The position numbers were made by a program, and so were the translations under genes. A stretch of DNA of 22,710 bases from Candidatus Woesearchaeota archaeon (lineage in GTDB: Archaea; Nanobdellota; Nanobdellia; Pacearchaeales; GW2011-AR1): positions 1-22,710 of the forward strand of contig CAZDJT010000001.1 in assembly GCA_964505875.1 (NCBI GenBank), in the 5' to 3' direction. Of the stretch, positions 22,026 to 22,710 are shown one piece after another; the first letter of the stretch is position 1, and every line of letters begins with the position of its first letter. A model generated the notes under the pieces. That model did no database searches. It was not told the DNA's origin and was given only the letters and a program-made list of their open reading frames with translations.

Positions 22026-22084
22026 ATAAGAAGAATAGTCAATAGACATTAATAAATCTAACTAAGGCGAGAATATCAAAAAAC

Positions 22085-22339
22085 TTACTTCTTAAGCAAA
22101 GAAGCAAATTTAGCAGAATCTTTCTTTAGAATAGCAACAGCATCAGCAACAGCTTTCTTCACAGTCCCTTCTGAACTCTTTATTCTGAAAATAACTGGTT
22201 TTGACGGATGTTCTCTCTTCCAAGCAGCAAAGTCAATGCCATTATTATTAAGATAAACTCTCAGAACTTCAGCAATAGTAATATTATCAATTGAAAGCTC
22301 AACTTCATGCTTATCGGACTTCAATATCTCTATATTCAT
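22085..22339 (-). CDS. rpoL: DNA-directed RNA polymerase subunit L (Rpo11)
   Basis: 84 aa. MNIEILKSDKHEVELSI..IAEVLRVYLNNNGIDFAAWKREHPSKPVIFRIKS parallels archaeal RpoL (..FAAY.IEHP...P.l.i.t). Confidence 0.78.
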   Translation of the reverse strand: MNIEILKSDKHEVELSIDNITIAEVLRVYLNNNGIDFAAWKREHPSKPVIFRIKSSEGTVKKAVADAVAILKKDSAKFASLLKK

Positions 22340-22362
22340 ACAAATCAGTTTACTAAAATGTA

Positions 22363-22370
22363 TTTATAAA
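22363..22370 (-). promoter_or_regulatory. TATA box of the rpoL promoter
   Basis: TTTATAAA lies 24 nt upstream of ATG 22339. Confidence 0.5.
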
Positions 22371-22461
22371 GCTTTCTAGATTTTTGTTTAACAATAGTTT
22401 AGGAATAATTAATCGCTAAATCGTCAATCTATCTTTCGTTATTGCAACACATTATTTGAAG

Positions 22462-22710
22462 TTATTTATTACTCTCATCTTCATCAAAAATCTCAATATC
22501 TTCCCCAATAATCCCTTTTTCCATTTCCTTTAAATTATCAGATATTCTTTCTTTACTGCTCATTTTTCCCTCTTCTTTCATAGAAGAACTTAAAGCTTTC
22601 TTCATCGGAGACTCCTGATAGTTTACTTCGCCTTTTCGCAGATTTATATTATAAAACTTTTCCAATTTATTTATTAAAATGTAATCGTAAGAAGGAAGAA
22701 CACTATTTTC
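22462..22710 (-). CDS. Hypothetical protein, C-terminal 82 codons only (the frame stays open to the window end)
   Basis: ORF track 22462..22665 starts at TTG, but the same frame continues without a stop to 22710 (ENSVLPSYDYILINK-LEKFYNINL...). It has an acidic C-terminal tail EDIEIFDEDESNK. I recognised no family. Confidence 0.4.
   Translation of the reverse strand, partial: ENSVLPSYDYILINKLEKFYNINLRKGEVNYQESPMKKALSSSMKEEGKMSSKERISDNLKEMEKGIIGEDIEIFDEDESNK

Noticed and set aside
1267-22045. All other ORF-track entries: 1267..1467, 1920..2132, 2089..2403, 2492..2677, 2864..3085, 3447..3671, 5947..6222, 6745..6933, 7023..7214, 8235..8438, 8655..8837, 9439..9657, 9893..10117, 10566..10787, 12209..12675 (three ORFs), 13984..14305 (two ORFs), 15546..15734, 16195..16464, 17013..17222, 18084..18290, 19457..19639, 20659..20883, 21416..21682, 21848..22045
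   Set aside because: Each is nested in, or antisense to, a much longer ORF with clear family signatures. Their translations are low-complexity (S/L/F/I/K-rich), and none has a TATA box or SD at plausible spacing. They are shadow ORFs expected in AT-rich DNA.
1-22710. tRNA, rRNA, integrase, transposase or prophage boundaries that would define a mobile island
   Set aside because: No GC-rich cloverleaf-like segments occur in any intergenic gap, and all gaps are 216 bp or shorter. No recombinase-like ORF is present. The accessory genes appear individually interspersed among housekeeping genes.

Overview
This is an AT-rich (roughly one-third G+C by eye), gene-dense archaeal chromosome segment, probably from a small-genome DPANN-type archaeon (lineage is inference). 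Archaeal hallmarks are TBP, RNA polymerase subunit L/Rpo11, RadB, an Nre-family protein ending in a PIP box, ATP-dependent DNA ligase, deoxyhypusine synthase and GatB. TTTATATA-like boxes sit 20-25 nt upstream of most ATGs, which implies mostly leaderless mRNAs. TAA, TGA and TAG all terminate conserved genes, so the genetic code is standard. I call 22 CDS, 18 on the minus strand. Housekeeping genes are interleaved with accessory content. That content includes two type II toxin-antitoxin loci: an edge-truncated MazF with an amber-interrupted AbrB antitoxin at 1-310, and VapBC at 2871-3460. It also includes a glycine-rich secreted protein, a membrane-tethered winged-HTH fused to an extracellular beta-propeller, and an acylphosphatase-UppS fusion. 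The best candidate for something new is a surface module between lig and radB (14549-21071). It contains a Cys-rich lectin-like secreted protein and a 1680-aa protein anchored at both ends, dense in N-glycosylation sequons, with two LamG/ConA-like domains. Upstream of it is a 216-bp intergenic region holding four copies of the 12-mer TGTRAGATAACT. I saw no rRNA, tRNA, CRISPR array, transposase, integrase or reverse transcriptase. All homology statements come from motif recognition by eye, not from searches.
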